DNA of 64,000 nucleotides from a virus. The stretch spans positions 1 to 64,000 of IMG/VR virus record IMGVR_UViG_3300034170_000023; one strand, given 5' to 3'. The notes under the pieces are model-generated. The model ran no database searches. It was not told the origin of the DNA and saw only the letters and a list, made by a program, of their open reading frames with translations. This document shows, piece after piece, positions 10,277-20,760 of this stretch (position 1 is its first letter; each line of letters opens with the position of its first letter). The position numbers and the translations under genes are program-made.

Positions 10277-10783
10277 ATGTCTGAAGATTTAGCAACCTAT
10301 ATACCAGCTTCAGTAGATATCCTTCTTGCAGGTATTATCCCTGTAAGTGGCTACATTGATGGGTCATTCGTCACCATCACTAAGGATGTAAAACCTTTCA
10401 GTTCTAAACGAACTGCTGATGGCACTATTAGCCGTATATATAATAATGACCAAACATATACTGTAAGTATCTCTCTGTACAGCGGTAGCAGTTCCAACGA
10501 TGCCCTGACTAAGCTTTGGCAACTTGATGAGATAAGTCAACGTGGTAAATTCCCACTCTTAATTAAAGACTCTAGTGGTAGTGATTTATTCTTCTCCGGC
10601 ACTACTTGGATTGAAGGTATCCCGCCACTAGTTAAAAGTAATCAGTTTGAAAGTAGAACATGGGTGTTGAGATCATCCTCAGCAGTTATCAACATTGGTG
10701 GTAACGGAAGTGAAGAATCCTTAATTGGGGATCTTATTAATATGGCTGCTTCTGCACTACCTGCATTGAAGGGGCTTATTTAA
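10277..10783 (+). CDS. Tail tube-like paralog 2
   Basis: Same motif pattern as 9698-10222. Confidence 0.65.
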   Translation: MSEDLATYIPASVDILLAGIIPVSGYIDGSFVTITKDVKPFSSKRTADGTISRIYNNDQTYTVSISLYSGSSSNDALTKLWQLDEISQRGKFPLLIKDSSGSDLFFSGTTWIEGIPPLVKSNQFESRTWVLRSSSAVINIGGNGSEESLIGDLINMAASALPALKGLI

Positions 10784-11301
10784 TGTCTAATAGCTTTACA
10801 GTAAATACCTATAGTCCTTCAGATGTATCCCTAACCATTGGTGGGTATATCATTACAGGATGGGATACACTAACAATCTCCAGACGTATAAAAGGGTTCT
10901 CCCCCATATATGGAATTCGTGGTAAGAACACACGAGTAAAAAGTAAAGATACATCGGCTACTATCAACATTACCCTTATTCAAACATCTCCTAGTAATGA
11001 TGTATTAGGTTACATTCATGAACTAGACTTAGATGAAGAGACTGCACGTATTGCTCTGATGCTTAAAGATACTTCAGGTAAGAGTGTATTCTCAAGTAAT
11101 GAAGCTTTCATCTCCTCCTATCCTACAGTGAGTTACACAGGCGACTTCACTTACAGGAACTGGGAAATAATTCTACTATCTACTAACACCTACAATGTAA
11201 CTGGCAACACTCGACCTAGCACATCTCTGTTTGATAGTGCTGTTTCTAAGGTTGGTGATTTGGCTAACAGTGCAATTGATAAGGTTAGTAGTATCTTTTA
11301 A
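10783..11301 (+). CDS. Tail tube-like paralog 3
   Basis: Same motif pattern (TYSPSDV...INITLIQTSPSN...LKDTSG). Confidence 0.65.
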   Translation: MSNSFTVNTYSPSDVSLTIGGYIITGWDTLTISRRIKGFSPIYGIRGKNTRVKSKDTSATINITLIQTSPSNDVLGYIHELDLDEETARIALMLKDTSGKSVFSSNEAFISSYPTVSYTGDFTYRNWEIILLSTNTYNVTGNTRPSTSLFDSAVSKVGDLANSAIDKVSSIF

Positions 11302-11337
11302 CAGAAGCTTATCTTCTACAATTCTGAGATTAAATAA

Positions 11338-11661
11338 ATGGCAGCTCCAAAGTTCACAGACTTCCTACCACAAGAGACACTAACAGTAGACGGTGTTGAA
11401 TACCTTACATCAGCAATGCCTGCAACTCAGGGTCTTATTTTCATGGAGAAATACCAAGAAGATCTGGATGCTGGTAAGAATGATTTCAGTGTCATGAAAA
11501 AGATTATCTGTACATATGTCACCAAAGATAATATGGCAATCACTGAAAAGAAGTTTGATATTATCTTTGCCCGTAAGTTTGTACACCTACAGAAGCTCTT
11601 TCAAGAGGTGTTGTCCTATAACTTCTCTGAGGTTTTTCAGGCACCCGATACAGAAGAGTAA
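11338..11661 (+). CDS. Tail assembly chaperone (G-like)
   Basis: Between tube genes and tape measure; ends in slippery G GTT TTT C. Confidence 0.75.
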   Translation: MAAPKFTDFLPQETLTVDGVEYLTSAMPATQGLIFMEKYQEDLDAGKNDFSVMKKIICTYVTKDNMAITEKKFDIIFARKFVHLQKLFQEVLSYNFSEVFQAPDTEE

Positions 11662-11921
11662 TTCCTTCTAGTATATCGGGTGATGGTCAGAAAGCTCCCC
11701 TCTCCCACCTAGAACAAGAGATTGAAGATAAGTTCAGTCAGAGGTGGGAGATATATAGAGTTGCCATGCATGAGAAAGGTGGCATTGAAATAGCTTTGGC
11801 AATGAGTAGTAAGTATAGCACCAAACAGTTATTTGATATGTTAGAGATGTTCGATGTACACGATGCACTTAAAAAGATGGCTCATGATAAAGCCTTAGCA
11901 GAATCTAAAATTACAAAATAA
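11631..11921 (+). CDS. -1 frameshift extension of tail chaperone (GT-like)
   Basis: Stop-free -1 frame 11631-11921 (...PLSHLEQEIEDKFSQRWEIYRVAMHEKGG...TK*); hairpin 11642-11682 just downstream of slippery site. Confidence 0.75.
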   Translation, partial: GFSGTRYRRVIPSSISGDGQKAPLSHLEQEIEDKFSQRWEIYRVAMHEKGGIEIALAMSSKYSTKQLFDMLEMFDVHDALKKMAHDKALAESKITK

Positions 11922-11931
11922 GGAAGCCATC

Positions 11932-13854
11932 TTGGAAATTGCAAAGTATGTTGTCGGTGTAGGTTTTAGCTTCCCAAAAGCTGAGATAGAGAAGCTTGAC
12001 GCAATATTGAAGTCTACAGAATCAAAACTCGCAGCCTTTAGTATATCTAAGTTTAAGGTTAATGATACAACCCTTAAAATGGTTTTAGGTACAGCACTCG
12101 ACTTAGCTAGTAAACAAGTGACTTTTGAGATTTCTAAGTTTGCAATTGATCAATCTCACCTAAACGCTACTATGGCACGAGCAATAAATCTTGCCACCAA
12201 CTCTGTACATCCAGTAGTTAACCCACATATTGTGATGGGTGCGAGAGCCACTAATGCTCCAACAACATCCTCTAAAACTGCAAGGAATGCTGTAGCTGGT
12301 GGGATGATTGGTGGTGGACTTTCTAGAATGTATGGACCTATTGCTGCATTGGCATTAGGTGGTTACGGACTATCAAGTCTCAACAAACGTAACCAAGCTG
12401 TGCAGGCAGCAGAACTGACATCTGAAGCTGTTGCCACATCTAATGGGCTGACACAAGAACAAGGTGCAGGGGCTTTTGACTGGCTGAAGAAGCTTGCTAA
12501 TAAGACTGGCTTCTCTTACATGGGAGCTGCTGACCAGTATAACGGGTTCCTAGCTAACTCTTTGAGCACAGGTTCATCTTTACAGCAATCCCAGAAGATG
12601 TTCAAGGGTATTGCTGAATACTCCCGAGTGATGCACCTTACACCTTATGCTCAGAAGCTTGTATTCAAAGGCTTCACTGACATGATGGGTAAGGGGAAGG
12701 TGATGTCGGAGGAACTCACCAAACAATTAGGTAACTCCCTTCCCGGTGCCAAACCTATCTTTGCTGCTGCATACCAAGAGTTCACAGGTGGTAAGCTCAC
12801 AGGTCAACCAGCAATGGCAGCCTTGTTAGATGCAATGAAGAAAGGTAAAGTATTATCTGCTGACATCATTCCAATTGCTACACGGATGATGGAAGAGAAG
12901 GCAGCCCCTACCATTGCACATGCTTCTGAGACTTCTCAGTCGGAAGAAGATCGGATGACCAACTCAGTGAATGATTTGGCTGTGTTAGCAAACAAAGCTG
13001 GTGTTGAAGAGGGTTTTGCTCGCATCTTCCGGTCTATTTCAACTGGACTAGATGAATCAGGTACACTAGTAACAAAGCTTGCTGAGGGATTCAACGAGGC
13101 CACTATTGCAGCATCTAAGCTTTTGTTATTTCCTCAGTCATTTGAAAGAGCTTTAGATGGCAGAGACAGCCTTGTTGCTGATTGGCTTGGTGTAGATAAG
13201 ACTACACAAATGATTGAAGATTGGTCACAGATTAAAGTGTTGTTTGATGATATCGCTAAAGCTGTAGGGTCTACGGAATGGTCACCTACCCTTAAATCCA
13301 CAGCAGATGAAATTGCACAGATTATGCACGGAATTGCAGAATTCCAAGTGTGGAAGCAACGTACAGGTGACACAGCCCAGCAGATAAATCAAGATGAATT
13401 TGATGCTGGTGGAGGCTCTGGTCTATCTCAGTTTAAAGGGCTTATTAGGTCAAATTGGCATACATTCAAAAATACCATAATGCCTTGGTCAGCAGATGAA
13501 CGCAACGCTGAGTATGGTGCTCAGAAATTAGCTGACAGTGGTGCCAATACTGATCCTTTTATGGGTGAGAGTGGATTAGATACCAAAGCTTACTGGAAGT
13601 ACACCCAAGACCAAGCTAAAGATTACTCGTTAAACCAGTTTGGCAGGAATTCCTATGGTGTATCCCTAGAAGAGTCTGCAAACACTAAATCTGGTGCAGA
13701 TACCTTTAAACAAGGTGACTCACAAGATAAGACCAATAATACATTCTATATGGAATTCCATATGAGTGGTGAGCCTGCTGTCATGGAAGACTGGTTCAGA
13801 ACTAGCCTAACAAAAGAAATCGCTAAAGTAATGCCTAACCTCCCGGAGAGATAG
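11932..13854 (+). CDS. Tape measure protein
   Basis: MMGKGKVMSEELTKQLGNSLPGA tape-measure motif; Ala/Gly-rich. Confidence 0.85.
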   Translation: MEIAKYVVGVGFSFPKAEIEKLDAILKSTESKLAAFSISKFKVNDTTLKMVLGTALDLASKQVTFEISKFAIDQSHLNATMARAINLATNSVHPVVNPHIVMGARATNAPTTSSKTARNAVAGGMIGGGLSRMYGPIAALALGGYGLSSLNKRNQAVQAAELTSEAVATSNGLTQEQGAGAFDWLKKLANKTGFSYMGAADQYNGFLANSLSTGSSLQQSQKMFKGIAEYSRVMHLTPYAQKLVFKGFTDMMGKGKVMSEELTKQLGNSLPGAKPIFAAAYQEFTGGKLTGQPAMAALLDAMKKGKVLSADIIPIATRMMEEKAAPTIAHASETSQSEEDRMTNSVNDLAVLANKAGVEEGFARIFRSISTGLDESGTLVTKLAEGFNEATIAASKLLLFPQSFERALDGRDSLVADWLGVDKTTQMIEDWSQIKVLFDDIAKAVGSTEWSPTLKSTADEIAQIMHGIAEFQVWKQRTGDTAQQINQDEFDAGGGSGLSQFKGLIRSNWHTFKNTIMPWSADERNAEYGAQKLADSGANTDPFMGESGLDTKAYWKYTQDQAKDYSLNQFGRNSYGVSLEESANTKSGADTFKQGDSQDKTNNTFYMEFHMSGEPAVMEDWFRTSLTKEIAKVMPNLPER

Positions 13855-13855
13855 A

Positions 13856-14689
13856 ATGACAATTGCTCTGAGTTGGGGTGATGACAACATTACCGACCTA
13901 AATAATGCAACTAGTGGATTTATCTACTTTGATGCTGTAACAGCTTTCACTCAGAGTTACACAGGACAAGTTACTAAACATCCTGTTGACTCTGGCGGGG
14001 TTATCTCTGATCACTTCATTGTTAATAACCCTAAGTTTAGTTTGTCAGGGGTTATTACTTCAGCAGATATCTCCGTAGGTGTACAGGATATTGAATCCAT
14101 CTCTGGGGCCAAGCCTTATAATGTAAGAGAGGCACCTACAGCAGTAAGTGTTAACAGCAGTAATAGTAGTATGTTACAGAAGTTCATACCAGACTCAGTT
14201 GGTCAGTTTATGGCCCCTAGTAATCCTGAGGTGGTGGTTGATAGTGCTAGGGTCAACCTTGAAGAGAATATCAGGGATTCATTGACTAAGCTTATCTATA
14301 AAGCAACTTCAGACGATGCCTATGTAGATAATAAGATTACCCTCGTCAGACTGTTTGAGTTCGATGGTAGTGTATTACGACGCTCCACTACTAGGCTTGT
14401 TGTGCTAGATGTTAAATTCAAAGAAGATGCTAATTCCGGTGATGCCCTATATTGTGAAATTAGTTTTGAACAAGTTACCTTTGTATTCCTACAGAGGACA
14501 GTATTACCAAAGAATATTATTGCAAAGCTAAATAAGAAGGCAGCTCCAAAAGTTGATAAAGGCATAGCAGATAGCACAGAGGAAACTCCCACAGCTATTG
14601 ACAGAGATAAACAGAGGGCTAACTATGGGGATGTAGTTAGTCAGCAAGAGTATAAGCTTGGTGGAAAATTGAATACAGGGAGTTTGTAA
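13856..14689 (+). CDS. Baseplate/tail tube initiator protein
   Basis: FDAVT...VTKHPVDSGGVISDH motif. Confidence 0.65.
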   Translation: MTIALSWGDDNITDLNNATSGFIYFDAVTAFTQSYTGQVTKHPVDSGGVISDHFIVNNPKFSLSGVITSADISVGVQDIESISGAKPYNVREAPTAVSVNSSNSSMLQKFIPDSVGQFMAPSNPEVVVDSARVNLEENIRDSLTKLIYKATSDDAYVDNKITLVRLFEFDGSVLRRSTTRLVVLDVKFKEDANSGDALYCEISFEQVTFVFLQRTVLPKNIIAKLNKKAAPKVDKGIADSTEETPTAIDRDKQRANYGDVVSQQEYKLGGKLNTGSL

Positions 14690-15018
14690 TGACACTAAAA
14701 ATAGTAAACCTACCTCTGTACTCAGACTCCTACTATACCTACGCACTAGCACTTCAAGGTGTGTCATACAATCTTGAGTTTATTTATAACGAACGTTGTG
14801 GCTTATACTTCCTAAACTTCCTAAACTCTGATAGCGTGCCTATTGTTGAAGGTATTGCACTCACCCCGTCCTATCCAATACTTCTGGATTATGCACTAGA
14901 ACCCCTCACTGGCTGGCTGTGGTTAGAAGAGAAATCCACTAACCTCTTTGAACCTTACAAATTATACCCAGATAAGATTGATCAGTATTATACCCTAAAA
15001 TACTCCTACGTTTCATAA
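14689..15018 (+). CDS. Baseplate protein
   Basis: LQGVSYNLEFIYNER; position. Confidence 0.55.
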   Translation: MTLKIVNLPLYSDSYYTYALALQGVSYNLEFIYNERCGLYFLNFLNSDSVPIVEGIALTPSYPILLDYALEPLTGWLWLEEKSTNLFEPYKLYPDKIDQYYTLKYSYVS

Positions 15019-15030
15019 GGATAACTTAAA

Positions 15031-15927
15031 ATGACCCCTATCCTTATCCAACGCAATAGGGTGTACGAGCTTATCATTGGTGATTCTAAGAAGAATGATG
15101 CCATATTGATCAATAGCTTACAGATTACCTTTGACATCAGTAAGGTGTCCAGTAACAAGCATAAGACTAACTCCTGTGCTATTGAGATATACAATCTATC
15201 AGACCAGTCTTTAAAACTTCTAGACGTAAGTTACCCGGCAGCCTCTTTTAAGGCTGGGTACGCTGACACAGGTGGACCTCAATTCTTATTTGGCGGTCAG
15301 ATTACACAAGTCAGTACACGTAAGAAAGGACCAGATAGGATTACACAGATTCAGATGGGGACTGGTTATACAGACCTTAATCACCAAGTGTTGAGTCAAG
15401 TTGTAGCTCCGGGGCGTACTGTCAAGGATGTTGCTGAAGATATTCGTAAGAATCTTCCCGGCGTATCAAGAAGTGTATTTAGTGGTACTAACCTGAACAA
15501 TAGCATCCTCTACGGATATCCTTTAATGGGAACACCTAAAGAGATGTTAGATGAGTTGTCTGAGAAGTATGCTCTAGACTGGCAGATTGACGGTAATACG
15601 CTATATGTACATGATAATGACAGGGCCAACTCAGAGAACTTTAAGCTAGCCTATGTTATATCCCGTTTCACCGGACTAATAGAGTCTGCATATAGAGTTA
15701 GTGGTGACGTAAGACGATCTAAGAAAGATAAAGTAAAGAAACAAGGTGTACAGATGAAGCTCCTTCTCAACCCTGATATCAAGGCTGGGGATATAGTTAG
15801 GTTGGAAGATACTCTAATTACTGGCTGGTACAAAGTAGACGATATTAGGCACTATGGTAACTTTAGGTCCAACCCTTGGTATACAGAACTAAAATGCAGT
15901 GCACTTGAGAAGGTAGTTAAGTCATGA
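15031..15927 (+). CDS. Baseplate hub protein
   Basis: ITFDISK...IEIYNLS...AGY...LLNPDIKAG. Confidence 0.7.
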   Translation: MTPILIQRNRVYELIIGDSKKNDAILINSLQITFDISKVSSNKHKTNSCAIEIYNLSDQSLKLLDVSYPAASFKAGYADTGGPQFLFGGQITQVSTRKKGPDRITQIQMGTGYTDLNHQVLSQVVAPGRTVKDVAEDIRKNLPGVSRSVFSGTNLNNSILYGYPLMGTPKEMLDELSEKYALDWQIDGNTLYVHDNDRANSENFKLAYVISRFTGLIESAYRVSGDVRRSKKDKVKKQGVQMKLLLNPDIKAGDIVRLEDTLITGWYKVDDIRHYGNFRSNPWYTELKCSALEKVVKS

Positions 15928-16703
15928 GTAGGGAAGCTAGTTTAGAAGAAATGCTAAAAGCTTCCTTTGCTAATGGCATGGAGAAGCTACATACATCCAT
16001 ACCTTGTATTGTCATTGCTGTAAGGGATAACCTCTCTGGACAGATGGTTGACATACAACCGACTATCAACCAGAAGTTTGTAGATGGTACCGTTAAAGAA
16101 CGTCCACCTGTATACGGTGTTCCTGTAAGTTTCCCTGTTTCTAAAACAGCAGGAATGACTTTCCCCATCAATGTTGGTGATACAGGCATGGCTATATTCT
16201 CTATGAGGAGTATGGATGCTTGGAAGGGTGGGAATGGCAGAACAACCACACCAACTAACTTTGGTAAGATGGACAAGGGTGATGCTATATTCATTCCCGG
16301 AATTCAACCTCCCGGAATGGCTGTAAACAATCCAGCAAAGCATGTTCATCCTCATGATACCCACGACACTGTAATGTTTACTAACTTAGGCGGTGTTGAA
16401 GCTGAGATGAGGTTGAAGGCCGATGGCAGTATTGAAATTAACACCTCTAACCAGCCTGTCACCATAAACTGCTCAGATGCAACTATTAATGCTATAGACA
16501 CTATTAGTTTAAATGCTAAAGTGATTGACATTACAGCCCCTACCACGAATTGGGTGGGTAGCATTAACCTAACTGGTAATCTAACTCAATCCGGTAACTA
16601 CACAGGGACTGGCGTTGCTACATTTAACGGTATTGTTTTCAGCACCCACAAACACCTTGGTGTAACAACGGGTAGTGGAACTTCTGGAGTACCAACAGCA
16701 TAA
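15924..16703 (+). CDS. Baseplate spike (gp138/gpV-like)
   Basis: LHTSIPC...VPVSFP...GDTG; C-terminal THKH metal-binding tip. Confidence 0.8.
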   Translation: MSREASLEEMLKASFANGMEKLHTSIPCIVIAVRDNLSGQMVDIQPTINQKFVDGTVKERPPVYGVPVSFPVSKTAGMTFPINVGDTGMAIFSMRSMDAWKGGNGRTTTPTNFGKMDKGDAIFIPGIQPPGMAVNNPAKHVHPHDTHDTVMFTNLGGVEAEMRLKADGSIEINTSNQPVTINCSDATINAIDTISLNAKVIDITAPTTNWVGSINLTGNLTQSGNYTGTGVATFNGIVFSTHKHLGVTTGSGTSGVPTA

Positions 16704-17068
16704 TGGATATCTTACTAGATTTAAATACTAAGGATGCTGCGTTCTTTAATGGTCCCCTCACTCCTGAATATACAACACAACCATTAACACAGACTGTTGA
16801 GCAACGCCTTCGTATCCGTTTAAGCACCTTTCAAGGTGAGTGGTTCATGGATACAACTTATGGTATTCCATACTTCCAGTCAATCCTAGGTAAGAAGTCT
16901 ACTAAAGAAGCTGTGGATTTTATATTCCAACAAGCAATCCTAGCAGAAAATGGAGTAAAGGAAGTTTCATCTTTTACATCTACTCTTGCAAACAGAAAGT
17001 ATTCAATGACTTTTACAGTCAAAGTTAGTAACGGCCAGATCACACAGCCTGTAACTATTACCCCCTAA
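16703..17068 (+). CDS. Baseplate wedge/sheath initiator
   Basis: QRLRIRLSTFQGEWFMDTTYGIPY. Confidence 0.7.
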   Translation: MDILLDLNTKDAAFFNGPLTPEYTTQPLTQTVEQRLRIRLSTFQGEWFMDTTYGIPYFQSILGKKSTKEAVDFIFQQAILAENGVKEVSSFTSTLANRKYSMTFTVKVSNGQITQPVTITP

Positions 17069-17082
17069 TTCAAGGAATAAAT

Positions 17083-18522
17083 ATGGCTGGTCTATCATCA
17101 ACTGGCTTTACTACAAAAGCTTTGCCTGAAATTCTCACAGACAAGAGGGGAGTTGCAGTAACCCTTTTCCAAGACTTAGTTGTACCCGGAGATATAGTAG
17201 ATACAAGTGATAGTGCTCTGCTTGGCAGGCTGGTGTCTCTGGACAGCCCAAGTGAGGCTGACCTGTGGCAAGCAGCACAACAAGTATATGCAGCATTTGA
17301 CCCTAGCTCTGCTACTGGCATTGCACTAGATAACTTAGTGGCTCTTGCTGGACTTGTTCGGTTAGGTGAGACATACACCACATCTTCAGTGATTGTTGCT
17401 GGCGATACTAATACATTGATCACTGCGGGAAGTGTTGTATCAAGCAGCACAACAGCAGCACAGTTCAATGTAAATACCCCAATTGCTTTATCAGCAAGCT
17501 TAGCTAGTGGTATTACAGTTGGTGTCCTTGCCGTAGCAAACACCACAGCTTATAGCATCACTTATACATCCTCTACAACAGCTAACACAATCACCTACAC
17601 TTCAGATGGTACAGCAACGGAGCTTGAAATCCTTACTGGGTTGTTAGCTGTTATCACCTCTGCCCATCCTACACTTACAGCCAGTATTGTTGGTTCCACT
17701 CTAGTCATTGATAATACTGATATCTATCGGACAGTAGCTTTCACAACCACTTCCAACCTAGGAATTACCAAGGTAAGGACTATTGGCGAAGTGGTTGCTA
17801 ATGTATCTGGTATGCTGTCTCAGCCAGTCAATACAATTGACACTATACTTACACCTATTCTTGGTTGGGACAGCGTAACAAACCCTGTAGTGGCTACATC
17901 AGGCCGAAGTGTTGAAACTGATGAAGAACTCCGTATAAGGTTCCGTAATGGTAAGTTTGATAGGGCGACTAATACATTAGATGCTATCTACTCAGCACTA
18001 CTTAATCTATCAGGTGTTACAGAGATTGTTATCTACGAGAATGATACAAGCGTTGTAGATGGTAACGGGGTTCCTGCACATAGCTTTCTGCCTATCGTTG
18101 TTGGTGGTTTGAGTGGTGACATTGCTAAGGCTATTTGGGATAACAAAACTATTGGTATTCTAAGTTACGGTAACACCACAGTGAATGTTAATGATATTCA
18201 AGGAAATGCTCACCCTGTCAGCTTCTCTAGACCAGCTCCAGTTGTTATCTATGTCACGCTGAACATTACAACTGACAGTACATTCCCAGCTAATGGTAGA
18301 GATGCTATTGCCTCTTCAATTCTGAGTTATGCAGCAACCAATATTGGGGTTGGTGATGATGTTATCTACAGCCGCCTATATACACCTATCAACGCTATCT
18401 CGGGTTTCCAAGTAAACTCAATGTTTATTGGTACTTCTCCTAGCCCAACAGGTGTGGTGAATATTCCAATTAACTTTTCTGATATTGCAAGTTTTAGTTC
18501 AGTTAATATTATCATCCCATAA
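17083..18522 (+). CDS. Baseplate J-like wedge protein
   Basis: ATGIALDNL...GRSVETDEELRIR...VPAHS. Confidence 0.85.
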   Translation: MAGLSSTGFTTKALPEILTDKRGVAVTLFQDLVVPGDIVDTSDSALLGRLVSLDSPSEADLWQAAQQVYAAFDPSSATGIALDNLVALAGLVRLGETYTTSSVIVAGDTNTLITAGSVVSSSTTAAQFNVNTPIALSASLASGITVGVLAVANTTAYSITYTSSTTANTITYTSDGTATELEILTGLLAVITSAHPTLTASIVGSTLVIDNTDIYRTVAFTTTSNLGITKVRTIGEVVANVSGMLSQPVNTIDTILTPILGWDSVTNPVVATSGRSVETDEELRIRFRNGKFDRATNTLDAIYSALLNLSGVTEIVIYENDTSVVDGNGVPAHSFLPIVVGGLSGDIAKAIWDNKTIGILSYGNTTVNVNDIQGNAHPVSFSRPAPVVIYVTLNITTDSTFPANGRDAIASSILSYAATNIGVGDDVIYSRLYTPINAISGFQVNSMFIGTSPSPTGVVNIPINFSDIASFSSVNIIIP

Positions 18523-18531
18523 GGAGGGTGT

Positions 18532-19290
18532 ATGTCAGAGATTACACCCTTTGAGGTAGTTGATTATTTAGAGGAAGCTAGAGGAAGAGTAACAGAGCAG
18601 TTTAAGCTTAACGGTGAAGCTGGTGGTCAGGTGTTCGACAGATATCTCCAGTTAATTCTAAGTGAGAAAGTGGAACTACAGCTTGTATTCAAAGACTTGA
18701 TGCAGAAGCGTTCTATTGATACTGCCACAGGTGCTCAGCTAGATATCCTTGGAGACATTGTTGGTCAACCAAGAGAGCTTATTGATACAGCTCTCTTAAC
18801 TTACTTCGCCTACCTTGGCTACTCAAATGCAGCATCTTTTGGGGATTTAAACAACCCCACATTAGGTGGCCCTTACCACAGCCTTGGTGATCCCCTTTCA
18901 GGTAATACACTCCTAAGTGATGACCAATATAGACTCTTCATTAAAGCTAAGATTCTAAAGAACAATACCAATACTACACCAAACCAATTCATTGAGTTTA
19001 TGCAGTTTGTATTTGGTATAGATATTAACTTAGTGGTTGCTGAGGGTAATGCTGAGTTTACTTTGATGATGGGTAGGTTGCTATCTCCCTTTGAAAAAGT
19101 GTTGCTTAACTATACATCATACTCTTCTGGATACCCATCTAGGTTTGTGCCTAAGCCTATTGGCGTTAGAGTCAACTTTGGCGAGTTTGACGCTACAAAC
19201 TATTTTGGCTTTCAAGGATCCCCTAACGCAAAAGGTTACGGGGATATAAATGACTCAACAGTTGGTGGCGTCTACGCCCAGCTCATCTAA
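18532..19290 (+). CDS. Baseplate wedge protein (DUF2612-like)
   Basis: IDTATGAQLDILGDIVGQPR...LSDDQYRLFIKAKILKN. Confidence 0.8.
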   Translation: MSEITPFEVVDYLEEARGRVTEQFKLNGEAGGQVFDRYLQLILSEKVELQLVFKDLMQKRSIDTATGAQLDILGDIVGQPRELIDTALLTYFAYLGYSNAASFGDLNNPTLGGPYHSLGDPLSGNTLLSDDQYRLFIKAKILKNNTNTTPNQFIEFMQFVFGIDINLVVAEGNAEFTLMMGRLLSPFEKVLLNYTSYSSGYPSRFVPKPIGVRVNFGEFDATNYFGFQGSPNAKGYGDINDSTVGGVYAQLI

Positions 19291-19305
19291 AAAGGAAACA
19301 TTAAA

Positions 19306-20760
19306 TTGACCGAGATTCTTAGACCAGACATGACTTACCAGTGGGCTTCTGGTGGTGTGATGGTAACTCCATCCAGTGTTAAGATGCAAACAGGATGGGG
19401 TGCTGAAGTCCCACCTTACCAGTGGGAAAACTATATTCAGAATCGCCAAGACAATGCTATCACACACCTATTTCAGAAAGGTGTGAGTGTTTGGTCAGCG
19501 ACTCAGGATTACTACTATGCTGTAGGTGGGACTCGTGCATTTGTGCAAGGCAGCGACGGTAAAGTTTATGAGGCTGTTGCTAATAGCACTAACCAAAACC
19601 CATTAACAGATACTACCAACACCTACTGGAAGATTGCCTTTCGTGACCAGTCCGGTAGTGCCCTCTACGCACTAGACACTGGTACAGCTAACGTATACAA
19701 AGCCGACTATGCTCCAGTAGTTAAGACTTTAGTAGATGGTATGGTGCTGAAGTTTAAAGCACTTAATGCTAATACATCTACAGCAACGTTCACCCCAGCT
19801 AACGGTGTTATTGCAGCAGCCCCCATTGTTGGTGGTTCACATAGTGCCCTACAAGGGGGTGAGATTGCGGCATTAGGCGATGTGTGGGTACAGTGGAACA
19901 CTTCTATTGGTGGTGGCAGTTGGGTACTGATTGATAGTACAGGTGGTGCTCTACAAGTTGGTGCTGCAACTAAACCTTTACAAGCACTTCAGTTAGGTCA
20001 GGCACAAGCTCTATTCTCACCGTCAGTGATTGGATCTTCCCGTAATGTCAAAATGTCAGTGCCAACTGCATCAGCAAGCGCCACTTTAACAGCAGATGAG
20101 ATTATCCTTGGTACAGTACTTGGGGGGCAGAATTATAGAGTTGCAAGCTTCAGTAAAACTGTAAACCTTGCAACAACAGGTGCAGGAGGTATGGACACAG
20201 GTACAGCCCCGGTATCAGGTTTTGTATCTATCTATGCCATATATAATCCAACAACCCTTACTTCAGCCTTACTAGCCTGTGCCCAAGCAACCTCAAACGG
20301 TAGTGTATACACAGGTGGAAACATGCCGTCTGGGTTTACATCTTCCGCACTTGTCAGCTCTTGGTCAACAAATGCAAGTAGCCAATTTACTGTAGGGTAT
20401 CAAGTAGATAGGACTGTAAGTTTTGCCAGTATACAGGTATTAAGCACTACAGTACAACAAGGCAGCTCTACTTCATTAAGCATCGCAGCAGCCGTTCCAT
20501 TAAACGCTACTAAGGCAAAATTGCGGGGGAGTGTTGCATCAAGCACAGCGGCAGTGGTTGGCACAATGACACTTGCTGCAACTGCAACTCAGATCGGTAT
20601 TTCACAACTTGCCGCTGTGCTCCCAACAGCCTCTATCGCTTTTACCGCTGAAATGGGTGTAATCCCTTTGTTGACACCTCAGACAGTATATTACACACTG
20701 GCACTAAGCACAGGTGCAGTAAGTGGTGCTAACTTTACCGTAACGGAGTATCAATTCTAG
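19306..20760 (+). CDS. Tail fibre protein
   Basis: WASGG...TGWGAEVPPYQWENY N-terminal anchor; GAGGMDTGTAP...IYAIYNP distal domain. Confidence 0.8.
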   Translation: MTEILRPDMTYQWASGGVMVTPSSVKMQTGWGAEVPPYQWENYIQNRQDNAITHLFQKGVSVWSATQDYYYAVGGTRAFVQGSDGKVYEAVANSTNQNPLTDTTNTYWKIAFRDQSGSALYALDTGTANVYKADYAPVVKTLVDGMVLKFKALNANTSTATFTPANGVIAAAPIVGGSHSALQGGEIAALGDVWVQWNTSIGGGSWVLIDSTGGALQVGAATKPLQALQLGQAQALFSPSVIGSSRNVKMSVPTASASATLTADEIILGTVLGGQNYRVASFSKTVNLATTGAGGMDTGTAPVSGFVSIYAIYNPTTLTSALLACAQATSNGSVYTGGNMPSGFTSSALVSSWSTNASSQFTVGYQVDRTVSFASIQVLSTTVQQGSSTSLSIAAAVPLNATKAKLRGSVASSTAAVVGTMTLAATATQIGISQLAAVLPTASIAFTAEMGVIPLLTPQTVYYTLALSTGAVSGANFTVTEYQF

